Source: the human T2T-CHM13v2.0 reference genome, Homo sapiens
Assembly (NCBI RefSeq): GCF_009914755.1
Contig: NC_060928.1
Length of the DNA: 64,000 nt
Direction: 5' to 3' (one strand)
This document shows, piece by piece, positions 18,849-34,123 of the stretch. Within the stretch, counting starts at the first letter, position 1; every line of letters begins with the position of its first letter. Below the pieces are notes generated by a model. The model saw only the letters and a program-made list of their open reading frames with translations. It was not told the DNA's origin and ran no database searches. The position numbers were made by a program, and so were the translations under genes.

Positions 18849-19420
18849 GCACACACACACGTCACATTCTCTTTATACACTTGTTGGTTGGTGGGCATTT
18901 AGGCTGGTTCCACATTTTTGCAATTGCGAATTGTGTGCTATAAACCTGTGCTTGAAAGTGTCTTTTTTGTATGCTAATTTATTTTCTTCTGGGTAGATAC
19001 CCAGTAGTGTGATTGCTGAAACAAATGGTAGTTCTACTTTTAGTTCTTTAAGGAGTCTCCATACTGTTTTTCATAGTGGCTATACTGGTTTACATCCCCA
19101 CCAGCAGTGTAAAAGTGTTCCCTTTTCACCACATCCCTGCCAGCATCTATTATTTTTTACTTTTTATTATGGCCATTCTTGTAGGAATAAAATGATATAA
19201 CATTGTGCCTTTGATTTGCATTTCCCTGATCATTAGTGATGCTGAGCATTTTTTCATGTTTGTTGGCCATTTGTATATCTTCTTTTGAGAATTGTCTATT
19301 AATGCTCTTAGCCTACTTTTTGATGAGATTATTTGTTTTTTTCTTGCTGATTTGTTTGAGTTCCTTGTACATTCTGGATGTTAGTTTTTTGTCGGATGCA
19401 TAGTTTGTGAATATTTTCTA
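18386..19420 (-). mobile_element. L1PB1-like 3' end (poly-T, 3'UTR, ORF2 end) with internal (TA)n(CA)n
   Basis: ttttggggaacaggtggtgtttggttacat...cagtgtacattgcacccaa matches the recalled L1PB1 3'UTR. (TA)n at ~18784-18845. Confidence 0.88.
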
Positions 19421-19449
19421 CCTCAAAAGCTTCTGTCATCAGGAACTGC

Positions 19450-19880
19450 TTTCTGCCCTTTTATAGCATGCCTTTTCATATCTTCTGGTCTTTGTACATA
19501 TAGTTCAGTTGTTTAATGATTTATTTCCCATTTTGACCTTTTGGACATCTCCAATTTATATTTCATGACTTTGATTCAATGTTACTTCTGTGAAAACTCC
19601 CATGAGTTAGTGAGGCAATTCCAGTAAAGATTTTGTTGTTTTTCTCCCTCGCTGTGTTCAATGGTCCTCTGTTCATAGCACTTGCTGTATCACTCTATCC
19701 ATATTATTATTATAGTGCATTGTAATGCATTGTAATTATTTATACGTATGTCCTTCCACTGAGATTGGAATTCCCTTGAAGTCAGTAATGGTGGCTTACT
19801 GTTTTAGCTCCAGTGCTTAGGCTCACATGTACATGAATTTGTTGCTCAATAAATGGTGGAATAAAGAAAAATGAATGCAA
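19450..19880 (+). mobile_element. L2 3' fragment
   Basis: Ends ...ccagtgcttaggctcac...gctcaataaatggtggaataaag...tgaatg. Confidence 0.6.
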
Positions 19881-20486
19881 CCAAATAAGTAATTCTGGAA
19901 TCCCTTTTCAATTTTTTGACTCTAAAATTAGTATTTTCCCTGGTACATTAAGATGTCTCAAGAGATTTTGGTTTCTTAAAAAAATTAACATATCCAGATA
20001 TGTTCTTTTTTTCTTTGCTCACTTCAGCATCACATCACAGAGATAATGCATTTTTCCTAGATATTATTTCCTATGCCTAAACTTGTTCTGAGGATTAGTC
20101 TATTTTATCACTTTAAGTCATGGAGAAATAATATAAAATTCTCGGTACAAAGCTAACTTGTATATAATTGTGTTCAACAATACAAACAAAATAATACATA
20201 AAGCATAATATTAGTTACCTATAATTTGATTTTTCTCCAGAAAACCTGGCTACCATTAAGTATATACTTTTGAACATCCTAATTTTACAACAGCCTCTAC
20301 TTTTTCACACTTTCATTTAGATAGGTAGAATATAGATTCTCTAAGGCAATAAATCTGGGCAACACTCTAGTATTATAAGCTTTAGGACATAGTTCCAGAT
20401 ATGTCAAGTTGTTACTAACTCATTACATATGGCTTGCTCAAGTTACTTTAAGTAAGTTGCTTGAAAACTGCTTAATTACATATGAT

Positions 20487-20970
20487 TGTTCTGGGACAAA
20501 ATTCTCCATGAGTTTCTTGTGTTTCCACACATTTTGCATGTGAGACACTGGCTGCTATTTGTTCCAAACCATTTTTTTTTCAAAGACGTTTGATTAGCAA
20601 TCGAAAATGAAAGATTGAGAGTATTTCTCCCTATATCAAAGATCAGACATGCTTACTTCCAATTATAAAATGTTTAGGTTCCCTAAACTCATATTTCCTC
20701 TCTTGTAACATAATATACTACAGAGATCATGTGTTCCTGTTTGCATTACCATGTAGGTGGGAACTGGGGCTTCAGTATCTGGCAATGAATAAATAATAAA
20801 ATAAAATAACTGGTACTCTGATTACAGTTATTGCTGTGTATAATAAACTATTCTTCATCTCTGACCCAGCAGTCTCATGTCTTTCATTAGCATCTGTGAA
20901 ACTGTGGTGGGTTAACTTGTTAGTTTACAAACTGGTTAAAATTTCAGTCTTAGACTTCACAGTTCTTGAT
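20487..20970 (+). mobile_element. ERVL solo LTR (LTR40-like)
   Basis: aaattctccatgagtttcttgtgtttccacac...aataaactattcttcatctctgacccagcagtctcatgtc...ttcacagttcttga. Confidence 0.75.
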
Positions 20971-20974
20971 AGGT

Positions 20975-21350
20975 GGCTGGTTGGTCTTCTTGGGCATATA
21001 ACTAACCTATAGTTCACAGACTCTTTTTCAGTTTTGTGTGGCTATGTGACTGAGTTCTGGCCAGTGGATTGTAGATGTACGCACTCACCTGCAGGACTTG
21101 CCCATAAACTACTACTCTTCTTTCATCTCTTGGTCAGACGTAGGGAATATAGTGGGGAAACTCCAAGGTTAGAAAGATCACAGAGTCACTGGATGAGGTG
21201 CCTGGATCTCTAAATGAGTGCATCAATTAGCTCTCTGGTGAGCCTCATTAGACTGGGACGAGAAAGTAGGGGAAAAAATCTTCATTAGATTACACTTTTC
21301 AGATTTGGGGATAGTTTGTTAGAGCAGTGAGACTTACTTAATTAGTATAC
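20975..21350 (+). mobile_element. MaLR LTR (MLT1J-like)
   Basis: tgtggctatgtgactgagttctggccagtgga...gagaaagt...agatttggggatagtttgttagagcag. Confidence 0.7.
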
Positions 21351-22097
21351 ACACTACAGTCAAATTCATATTTAAAGTCTTTAACTGCTAAAATAAATGT
21401 AACTGCTGTTTAGAAATATATTATACTAGCGTGATTCTAATTTCAACCTGTCTTTCACAGGGAGTTGGTAATATTTCCCTACTCAATTAAGACTACCTAG
21501 TTTCATATCTTAGTCATGCTGCTTTAATCGCTTGCCCTCTTAGTTTTCCCTCTTCTTTTCCCTCACGTCCTTTTTTATCCATTTCTTTCATTGCTTTTTG
21601 TGTTACTTCAGGGGATTTTGCATTCCTCTAAGTCACTGTTTTTCCAATTATTATGTAACTAAGGCCTTCCCACCCAACTGGCAGAGCCCTAAAAATGTAT
21701 TTTCACTTCCATCCACATACATTTTTTTAGTTTCTCCCACATATCTCCACTTAATTGGAGATGTACTATGTATTTACACAAAATCAGTGATTTTTTTATT
21801 GTTTGATAAAGTTTCTGTTTCATACTGGATCATTCCTTATATTCACAATCCCAACTCCCTCCTTACAGAGCACACTCACCGAGTAGCTTTCATTAAACTG
21901 ATTTTACTTCTATGAAACTTTTCTTCATCACATCTCTAGGTAGGTGGCATGATCTATTGCTAAATGTATTCATTGTTTATTCAATAAATACTTAGGGAGT
22001 GCCCACATCATTCTAGGCACTAGACTACAAATTAAATAAAACCAACACAAAGTTCTGGGATCCCAGAATTTACATTCTAGTGGAGAAAGAGACAATA

Positions 22098-22385
22098 GTA
22101 GCTCAGTGGCTCGTGCCTGTAGTCCCAGCATTTTGGGAGGCTGAAGTGTGTGGATTGCTTGAGCCTACTATTTTGAGATCAATCTGGGAAACGTGGTGAA
22201 ACCCAGTCTCTACAAAAAATACAAAAACTAGCCCATCATGATGAGACATGCTTGTAGCCCCAGCTACTTGGGAGGCTGGGGTGGGAGGGTCATTTGAGCC
22301 CAGGAAGTGAAGGCTTCAGTGAGCCATGATCGTGCCTCTGTATTATAGCCTAGGTGACAGGGTGAGACTCTGTCTCAAAATAAAA
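22098..22385 (+). mobile_element. AluJ
   Basis: ggattgcttgagcc and tttgagcccaggaag...cagtgagccatgatcgtgcc diagnostics. Confidence 0.9.
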
Positions 22386-23650
22386 TGGGACCAGTTTTAA
22401 GGGGACCAGTTTGGAAGGTTTGATAATAGACAACAGGAGGCAAAGGTGGAAACAGGGGGAAATGTGAGGAGGTGTTTATAAGAATCTCAGTGTACCTTGG
22501 AAGAGGGTGTTAGGAATGAATGTGGTAAGAAGTGGTCAGATTTGGGGTATATCTTGAAAGTCTAGCTTACTGGATTTGCTGATGGATTGTCTATGAAGTG
22601 TGAGAAAAAGAAAAGAGGCAAGGATGACTTTAGATGTTATGTTTTGAGCAATGGGAAGGATGATGTTGCCAACCTTCCAGATAGGCAAGATTGAAAGATG
22701 GGAGAGATTTAAGGAGTTCAGTTCTGGAAATGTAAAATTTTCCCAGGAAACATTTAGGTGAACATGTCAAGTATCCTGGTAGATATAAATTTGAAGTCCA
22801 AGGAAGACATCTTGGCTAAGGAAATATAAGTGTGAGATTTGTCAGTGCAAAGATAATTCTTAAAGGCTGGATAAGCTTGCCAAGGGAATAGGTGTGAACT
22901 GAAAAAAAGGGGGTCTATCTGGGTTCCAGAGCACTCTCACATTCAGAGTTCAGGGAGATGAGGGGAGAGCAACAAACAATGTGGAGATCACTGGTGATGT
23001 TGACAAGAGCAGCTTCAGTAAAGCTGGAAGTATTGAATGGGAGAAGAAATGGAGACAACAGCATAGAGAACTCAAGGAGTTTTGCTGCAAAAGACGGTAG
23101 AAAAGTAGGACAATAGCTAGAGGGGTGTATGAAATTATAAGAGGTATGTTTTTAAGTAGGAAATTTTTACAAAACTTTTAAATGCTTATAGTAAATCCAC
23201 TAAAAAAGGAGGACAAGATAATGAAAGAGAGGGGAAACAATTGCTGAACAAAGCACTTGAGTATGTTGGAAGGGATTGGATCACATACACAGTAAGGGAT
23301 GGCACAGTTAGAATGTGTAATAATAGCAACACATACCCAATATAGAATCAGCCTCAAGGAGAGACTGACAATCTAGTTGGAGTGTCAGGGAAGGCTTCTT
23401 GGGAGGGAGCTGAACTTTGAATGATGAGTAAGAATTTCCTAGGAAAACAGAAACAGTTCTATTGCATGATATTGTATGGAGAGGTGAGTAAGCATAAGCA
23501 CACTGAGAACTGGAAGGGGATGAGGCTGAAGAGGTGGACAGGAGCCAGATTATGATAAACCCTATGACAGGGGCTTCTTTGACTCTTACAATAGTCAGGA
23601 TTGGGACCAATGCAGAAATGCAAGTGCATATGTAATGTTAAGGAATTTGA

Positions 23651-23985
<335 letters not shown>

Positions 23986-25237
23986 GAAGAATCTTGAGCA
24001 GGTGAATGATATCCTTTATTTGATTTTAGCAATATAACTTCAGTCATAGTGTGGAAGATGCGTTGGAAGGAAGCAATTTCAGGTGGAGCTGATGAGTACT
24101 GAACTAGGAGTATAGCAGTGTAGATAAAGAGGAGGGGTTTGGTTTCATTATTGCAGAGGAATGACTCTGATTAATTATAACCAAATAGCCAATTAAGCAA
24201 CTAGTTAAATAAGGTGTGATGGACAGAGGCAGCATCTAGGGTAGTTTGTAGATTTCTGAGAGGTGAGGCAAATAGATGTAGAGAATATAGATAGAGGAGA
24301 GATTTAGTGGGGAATATGTATGGTTTAGATTTGTATATATTGTAAGAGGACCTTATGGCATATCAAGGTGGGGATAGTCACCAGGCAGTCAGAAATGTGG
24401 ATCTGGAGCTCAGGAGTGAGATCTGGCATGAAGGCACAGCCTTAGACATGACTGGTGTATTTCCGATAGTTGAAACTTGGAAATAAATGAAATTACACAA
24501 TGGGAATAGAAGAAAAGGAGAAGAGGGCTAAAAGCTGCAGGTACTACTAGGAATACACCAAAAAAATAAAATTCAACTATCTAGAAGCCAATTATTCAGC
24601 AGTGAAATTAGCAAGAATCCCCTTGTATGTGAAGAAAAAGCGTAAATTTTAATGGGAACAACACTATAAATCAGCATTTATCAGTGGTCTAAAAATAACA
24701 ACAACAATCATATGTCCTTTAATTAGTCCAAATCTAATTTTTTTTTCATTCTTGAGAGAGTAGATTGAAAATAAATCTTTCTATGGATGAATCTAAAGCG
24801 TTTCTAGATTTTGGTCATAAAAATGATGAAATGCATCTAGTGTGTCCTAGTTAAAAAAGCAGGATGCCAAGAGGAACATTTTAGAGAGACTATTACTAAG
24901 GTTAATACTGTTTTTTTTAAGTTAAACATAAGCCAGTTAGTTAATCAATCAATCAGTTCTCAATTTCTAAGGAGTTGAGTTAGACCAGGTGTAGGGTATG
25001 TATTTATCAAGCTGCAAATAGCCTTCACATCACAACTGGAAAATTTATATTTTTAAATAATACTGTTTTAATGAAGGTACCATTTAATTCCTTTTCTGAG
25101 AAAACAACCAAAGAGCACAGCCATTTTTCTACTTGTCTGACAGTCACACTGCAGGGCCAGCGTCTTTCAGCACTTTAATAGTAATCCGAAGAGTAAACAG
25201 ACTTTAAGAAATAGCATTCATTTGCACCATTCAACTT

Positions 25238-26614
<1,377 letters not shown>

Positions 26615-27085
26615 GCACCATTCAACTTTCTACTGTATCACAATTCTTACCAATTGAATGCCATCTTCTTAGATTCCTTAAAATAAAAGAAATGACATAT
26701 TTCACCGGCAAGAAGAAAACAGGTTCTGGAAAAACTCTCTACAGCCTACTTCCAAGTCGTGAGATGCTCCTTCGACTCTCTCAACAGTCAGGATCAGGGC
26801 CACTGCAGAAAAGCAAGGAGCCTCAAGACGAGTCCTGAAATACAGCATGAGAATATCGCGCCAATATCTCTGTTTCCCCAAATTTCCTTTTTTGGAATGA
26901 CACTAGTCTTGGCCCACTCTATACAAGTAAGATCTTGCTAGGCTTGTATCAGCAGATCTTAGAAAATTGTGGGTTCATATGTGCTAACACAATAGAAGCT
27001 TTGGGTATTTATTTCTGTAAGTGATGAGGAAACAAATATCGAACTTGCATTTTCTGCCTTGGTTGGCTCTTTTTGGTTCTTTACT

Positions 27086-27391
27086 TTTTTTTTTTTTTTT
27101 TTTTGAGACGGAGTCTTGCTCTTTTGCCCTGGCTGGAGTGCAGTGGCAGGATCTCGTCTCACTGCAAGCTCCGCCTCCCGGGTTCACGCCATTCTCCTGC
27201 CTCACCTCCCGAGTAGCTGGGACTACAGGCGCCCGCCACCGCGCCTGGCTAATTTTTTGTTTATGTTTTTTTTAGTAGAGACGGGTTTTCACCGTGTTAG
27301 CCAGGATGGTCTCGATCTCCTGACCTCGTGATCCACCAGCCTCGGCCTCCCAAAGTGCTGGGATTACAGGCCTGAGCCACCGCGCCCGGCC
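27086..27391 (-). mobile_element. AluY, full length
   Basis: Diagnostics gcaagctccgcctcccgggttcacgccattctcc and cgtgttagccaggatggtctcgatctcc. TSD gttctttact at 27076-27085 and 27393-27402. Confidence 0.96.
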
Positions 27392-27694
27392 CGTTCTTTA
27401 CTCTCTTGCTAGAGTACTAGCAAGCTGGGAATGCCTTGGGTTGTCCCCCAGGAGACTGCAGTCTATGCAAGGAGGCTTTTCTAAGGGATAGCAGCGAGTA
27501 GCCATATCTCTGTCCTGTAGTGAGGAACTCATCTCTTTGTTCTCCCACTCTTTATCTTACTTGCCTTCCCTGTCCCTATAAATCATTTCTAGTGTTCTCT
27601 CAGTCCATGCTTTCTTTTGGATGTGGGTGGGATCCAATGTGTAAAATAGGACTACAGCCTTCTAGAGCTGGCAGGAAAGTTAGGCATGGTGTAG

Positions 27695-27830
27695 TTGAAA
27701 TGCTTCATTTACAGATAAAGGAGTGTAAGCCCAGAAAGTAAGGGATGTGGTTTGAATCACACAGCTTGTTTAACTACAGAGTTTGGACTAGAATCCACAT
27801 TTCCCCATGTTCAGTCCAGTGTTCTGTATT
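27695..27830 (-). mobile_element. MIR fragment
   Basis: catttacagataaaggagtgtaagcccagaaag...atcacacagcttgt...ggactagaatcca. Confidence 0.6.
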
Positions 27831-28479
27831 CAACCCCACCTATGCAAAGACACAATTTTACATGCTATATGCTCGTGGGAGAAACTTTTTCTTTAGATAG
27901 ATGTTAGCATTTTTTTTCTTTCTTCTTGACCTTCCTTGCACCTTTCTGACAAAAGTGAAATGCACAGAATTTTGCCTCTTTTCACCCATGAGTTTCCAAA
28001 GCGTGTTCTGCTCGTGAGTAGGTCCTCTCCAAGCTAGACCTGCAGTGTGAGAAAGAAGGAAGCAGAGGAGGCAGTTAAAAGACACTTCTGTAAGGCTAGA
28101 TTAAAGAATGAGAACATAGCTCCCTTACCAGGAGATGCCAAAGTATGATTTTGGTTAAAGACCTTTGAAAAGGAAACAATAAACAACAACAAAAGAATTC
28201 TTCTTTTAAATAGTCCTTTCAACATGAAAAATGCACAGTGTGTGTCCAGATCAGAGTAAATAAAGGAGTCAATGATTTTTTTTAAGCACATGAAAGTACC
28301 TGTGCGTGATCAGGTACAGATCACTTTTCTGAATTAGCAGAATGCAGAAGCTAGTTCAGATATAGAATTGGTTATTAATCCAGTGGTTATTTATACATAA
28401 ATTTATGATTTAGAGATGTAATCGTGCAAGCATTTCTTTTGGAATTTCCTTCCTAAAAAGCTGACAGCCATCACATGGA

Positions 28480-28670
28480 GGACTTGAGACATTAAAAGTC
28501 AAAATGCTAAGTTCAAATCCTGGCTCTGCTTCAAAGTATATGAGCTTGCACAGGTCAGATAACCCTCACAGCTTATATTCTCATCTAGAAATTGTCATTG
28601 ATATTTGTGCTACCCATATTTCAGTTATCTAGTGAGCAAATTGGAATAATACATGTAAGGACAGTGAACT
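28480..28670 (+). mobile_element. MIR fragment
   Basis: gttcaaatcctggctctgc...ttctcatctagaaatt...ataatacatgtaa. Confidence 0.65.
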
Positions 28671-28869
28671 TCAAGAAAGAAAACAATACATATCATCACT
28701 ACCACAGTACAAGAGAATAAAATATATTCAAATGCGTCTAAAATAAATTAAAATATTCTAAATTAGACAATTCCTTTCCCCCTATATCAAAGGGCACATT
28801 TCCCATCTTCCCTGCCTTTTTTTTTTTCCTCCAAACCCCCAGTATATTTTAATGTCTAACCTGATATTT

Positions 28870-30045
28870 TGGCAGTAAAGCTGTGTTCAGGTTTTGTGAG
28901 AGCTGAAAGATATATTTCAGGGAGTCCTCTTTAAAGAAAATGATACAAAATTTGACATAAAAGTAAATATTTCTTTAGAATGAGAAAAGAAATCACAACA
29001 AATTAAGATTCTTTTGAACCTAACAAATACTAGAAGCATAAAATTTAGAATCACATTCTGTTTTCAATAACTTATTACATTACCAACTCTGTAATTATAT
29101 TTTTCACTACATTATTGGCTGCATACTGTTTGATCACCTCTTCATATGGCAACAATTTTGTAATATCAGTTTCTATAAAGATAGCAGTCTCAGGATAGAG
29201 GCTTTCCTCTAGCATGGCCAATGGCAATTTCTTTTTTATTGTTGAGAGTTGGGTTGCAGAAGACTTGTGACTTCATACACAGATCTTGCTGTTTGCAGAA
29301 TGGTCATGGTTTAGTGCCTGACAAACACAGAGAACCGAATATATTCTATTCTCTATGATTTCCATCCAAATAGTGTAGAGTGTATTTGTAATCATATATG
29401 CTGCGTTATTGTGTGTGTTTCTGACAGAAGAGAAATTTCATTTTGACTAGGCATCAATGATAATTACACAATGGTAATTATACTAAGCATCAATAAGAAT
29501 TGCAGTCCTGCACATCTGATGATTGGAAGAATTATTGTCAGAGTAGCTTCTAGCTTTGTACATTTTAAGCCTTGTTCTTTCTCCTTTACCAATGTCCTTC
29601 TGTTGTCAGAAGTCTCAGGACATGGCCCTATCATGATGTTATGTCTGGACCTGCATTTTTGGGTTAACTCAGCAGACCAGTTAACAAAGTGGTCACTAGG
29701 GGGTCTTCCTACAGCAGGACAGTTAACAATAACTTCAACATGAAAATAAGCAAGAACACGTAAATATAATTTAATAAACCCAAACAAAATGTATCCTTAT
29801 CTCAACTTCTCATTAGATAAATCTCTAAATCATTTGAGCACCTCAAATACCATTGAAACAAGGGAAAACAGGCGTGGAAGAAAAATTGGAGAGGGAAAAA
29901 AGCAATCTTAATCAGCTGTGATAAAAACATTTTACTTATGTAAACTGTACAACAATCCATGATCATATGAACAGACTGTTGGGACTCCTTCCTGAAAAGC
30001 ACTAATGCTGAACCTTAAGTGTTCTTGGCTTCTCAATGACTCTGC
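28870..30045 (-). mobile_element. hAT-Tip100 non-autonomous DNA transposon (Arthur1/MER69-like)
   Basis: The reverse complement contains gaagttgagataaggatacatttt...gaagctactctgacaataattcttccaatcatcagatgtg...gatgcctagtcaaaatgaaatt, matching recalled Arthur1/MER69. Confidence 0.75.
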
Positions 30046-30124
30046 ATTTCCTAGACCAAACTCCTTTACTACAGAGAACACCCTTACCTTTCAGGTGCTG
30101 CATCTACATTACAAACTGCCTCTA

Positions 30125-30577
30125 TCACTTACTTGGGGCTACCATAAAAAATTTCTATGAACTTAGTGGCTTAAAAAATATATACTTATTCTTTCAGGTT
30201 GTGGAGGCCGGAATTCTGAAATCAAGGTGTTGGTAGGGCCTGGCTCCCTCTGAAGGATCTAAGGGAAAATCCTACCTTGTCTCTTCCAGTGTTTGGTGTC
30301 TCCAGGCACCTTGTGGTTTGTGGCTTCATAACTCCAATCTCTGCCCTGTTTTGCTTAAGTGGCCTTCTTTCTGTTTCTGTCTCCTCCTCTGTCTCTTATG
30401 GACACTTGTCATTGGATTTAGGGCTTACCAGATAATCCAGGGTGATATTATCTTAAGATCCTTAACTTAATCATGTCTGCTAAAAACTCTTTTTTCCAAA
30501 TAAGGTTATATTCATAGGTTCTAGGGGTTAAGACAGGGATATATCTTTTAAGGTGCTACCATACAACCCATCTCACA
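30125..30577 (-). mobile_element. MaLR solo LTR (MLT1B/C-like)
   Basis: gtggcttaaaa...tctgaaatcaaggtgttggtagggcc...cattggatttagggc...ttccaaataaggttatattcatagg. Confidence 0.85.
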
Positions 30578-31769
30578 GCCATTAACACATATCATTTGGA
30601 AATAGTCAGAACATAGGTCCTAGCTAACTGACTTGAGACAGAAATTTCATTGTCCATACATCATTGTATTATCTTCCAGTTTCCTACAATTTCAAATTTA
30701 ACTATATTCAAGATTTTAAGCCAGGAAGGCTTCCAAAAACTATTACCAACTATTTTTATGCCAAACTCTCCTAAGTTATTCAAAGTAAAATCAAACTTTG
30801 TTTTCCACAGCTGAGTATGTCTTGATCTATGAATCAAAGGGATACAAGGACAACCTAGAAAACCTAGTATTAGGAAAGGCTAATCCAATTACAAAGGCAA
30901 TAAGCACGTGGCCAGTCAGTGGCTTTGTAATGCTGTATGTTTTCATCTGACAGAATGTGGTCCCCCTGTGGAAACATTTATTAGTGGAAGATGTAAGTGC
31001 AGATGTGTTCTCTAACGGGTGTTATAGGGTAGTACTATCTGTCTGGTTCCACAGAATCTGTGACTTAGGGCTACACTAAAACAAGTTTATGAGACCTGCA
31101 GGCAAGCTCAGTGGCAAGATTACAGTCAAATCTAGGGATATATTACTAGGATGTGGACACCCATGAAAAATAACAATTGCAGAATAGTGTTAGGATGTGC
31201 GCTGTAACATTCCCTTCTGACACTCTCTGAGCAATTCATCTGCAGCATGTTTTTACTAGATCAATCTCCACAGCCAAGTAGAAAGGTGGAATGAAGATTA
31301 CGTGTGGGTAGGAACTATAAAGAAGCAATGAGCCCCTCAGTGCTTGAATTTCACCAACACTGTACTAATTGGCAACTGTAGATATCTCATTTTGATAAAG
31401 CAATTGCTCACAAAAGTTTCCCAGGCTTTTTTTTTTTTTAATGTTAAAGATGCTTTGTTAATTTTTGGAAGTTTTTTTTTTTTTTCCATAATAGCTGAGC
31501 TTTAAAATGTAAGCACGCTGTGCAATCATTTGTGGGTTGTGCGTACAATGAATATAATTTGGATGAAAGGAACAGGAATTTTAGAACAGGTGGAACAGTA
31601 AGTCAATTCCTTGTATTTTTTTCTTCATGTCTTGCACCTGTGCTCTATTCTTTAAAAGATAATCAGAAAAACCTCAATTTTATTTTGCAATAAGATCATG
31701 TCCTTACTTCTATTCTTAAGGTTGTAAAGCACTTGAGAGCAAAAATAGTTCTTGGGGAGTTTATATTTT

Positions 31770-32260
31770 ATGTATTCATTCATTTCTTATACAAATACTT
31801 ATGGAACTCCTGATACATGCAAGGTATTGTACATGATTTCATTTGGGACAACACAAGTTTAAACAAATTTACTTGTCTTGAGTAATGAACCTTTCTGACA
31901 TGGAGTAAAATAAAATAACAAGATTCATTTGCCTTTACTCATTAAATATTTATTAAGTGCCTTATGTACACTAGGCACTGTGTTAAGGCTACAACCCCAC
32001 ATAAGATGAAATACCTGCACTCTCTGTTTGGAGACACAGCAAGACAATCAACATTGAAGGTGGAGTTCACTGTCTTACCACAGACTTGTGCATAGGGCAA
32101 TATGAGAGTAAAGAAAAGGGCATCCAAATCCCTGTGAGTCAAGGATATCTTCTTGAAGGAAGTAGCACTTAGGTGAATTTAGAAGAATGGAGTTTGAATT
32201 AGACTCATGAAGGAGCGGAGATAGGATCTAAGCAATAGAAGCCACTCAAGTAAAGATACA
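31770..32260 (-). mobile_element. L2 fragments
   Basis: attcattcattt...caaatacttatgg and aaatatttattaagtgccttatgtacactaggcactgtgttaagg. Confidence 0.6.
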
Positions 32261-34123
32261 GAATTTGACAACTTATTACCATGTTGAAAACACTTTGAGT
32301 AGGGAATTTCATAATTAATTTCTATAGCACTTTCCTATATAAATTTCATAAGCTTGGCTTGGTAAATCCAGGCATAAGATTTTCTGCCTTTAGAAATAAT
32401 TACAAGTCGATGATAGATAGAGTAATACATAGAAACAAACTGCTATGTGATGCAATGGGAGTATGGATGAGAATTAGCTCTGAAAGCTATACACTTTATA
32501 AGTCTCACAATTTCTTCTTATGTTCTATAGCCAGACAGTGATGTTGGAGTCGCCGTAAAATGAACCTTCAAAAAGCTGCACACATCAATGTACATAGCTC
32601 AATGAAATTGCCTGCTAAATGGGCAATGTTGGCTGAAAAACAAATAGAATGAATTTCCTTAATGGTGTTTTTGGAGCAGCAAGTTTTTCTTAGCATCATT
32701 TCTGGAAATACATTTGGTAGAGGAGAGAGGAGGATCAAATTTTGTTGTGAACTTGAGATTGGAATGCATAAAAATAATTTTAGCATTGCATACGAAATGT
32801 ACAAATATGAGAAAATATAATTGTAGAAAGATCATAACAACATTTTGCTGTAATACATGACACAGATGAAAGAAGGAAATGAAAAAAATGACAGAACAGA
32901 ACTCAGACGAATGTAATTATCAGTATACATTTATATCTGAGTACTCAATTGGCCAGTGTATGAGAAGATTGTCTAATGACTGCAATGGAGAAGTTTAGAG
33001 CACAAGTTCTGAAACTGTCATTTATGACCACTTACTTCACAGGGCTATTGGGAGATGCAATAAATATGAGAGAAACTTTACTCTGCTATATAGCCTGGCA
33101 AAATTAGGTGCTTTAGTAGGTTAAGTGAGTCAGTGCTAAATCAATACAAAGACAGATGATTTGGGTTCATAGGCTGGTCAGCCAAGTTTATTTCCCAGGC
33201 ATATATCTCCCTACAAAGAAGGTGATTAATATGCTCACCAAATCAGGAGGGTATCTTTATAGGCAAGAGGAAGCATGAAAATTGATTTCTTGGGCTACAG
33301 ATTTCATCTAATAGGTACTGGTACCTGCACATAAGTTCAAATACTATTCACACAACGCTTTGCTCAACACCAAGTAATGATGAGCTTCTTATCACTAAAT
33401 TGTAGGAATCATACAGCATTATATTAAGACCATTGTAAAATTCCCAGAGACTCACAAAGGGATGCTGGGCCAAATTCCTCAGGCAATAACCATATAATCT
33501 TGGGTTATCTTGGACTATTAGGACACATCCAATTTTGTAGGTAACAGGTTTTAAAGGATTCTGTTCTGCCTTAATTCAACTGTATTTTACAATCATCTTT
33601 AGACCAATCAAATTGGACCTGACATAAAAGCCTTAGTACACATAAAAAAGAATGTCTTGTACTTGAAAAATAATGATCAAATAGCACAGGGTTATCTCCT
33701 ACTTATGTCTTGAAATAACAGAGAGCATGACACCAAGCTGGTAACTGTTCAACATTCCTAAGGAACAAAGAGGACAGGGTATTCTAAGAAGCAGGAAAAT
33801 ATGTGCAAAGACCCTGAGTGTGGATGAACTATAGGATATTTATGGAAGAGAGGTGGAGGTCAGGTAGGGAAAATGCTCAGGAGGTAGATCCTGCACTGGT
33901 TGCATGCCATGTTTAAGTTTAGATTTCACCTTGCAGATGATGGACCCTTGATGGACTTTTATCAGGAAAATGAATATGGAAATTATTTTGATTCATCAGT
34001 GCTTGCTGCCTCTGAAGAGAACCTGGATCAGACCTCAAAGAAATAATTAACTCCCACAAAACATGGCTTACCATATGCATCAGGGATTGTGTAAAGATCA
34101 TAATTCAAATTGTACATACTTGT

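Noticed and set aside
27405-27424. Hairpin cttgctag-agta-ctagcaag beside the AluY
   Set aside because: An 8-bp stem is within chance expectation.
29464-29787. 107-aa and 90-aa overlapping ORFs as a possible transposase or host exon
   Set aside because: They lie in a degenerate Arthur1/MER69-like element and show no recognisable transposase motif.
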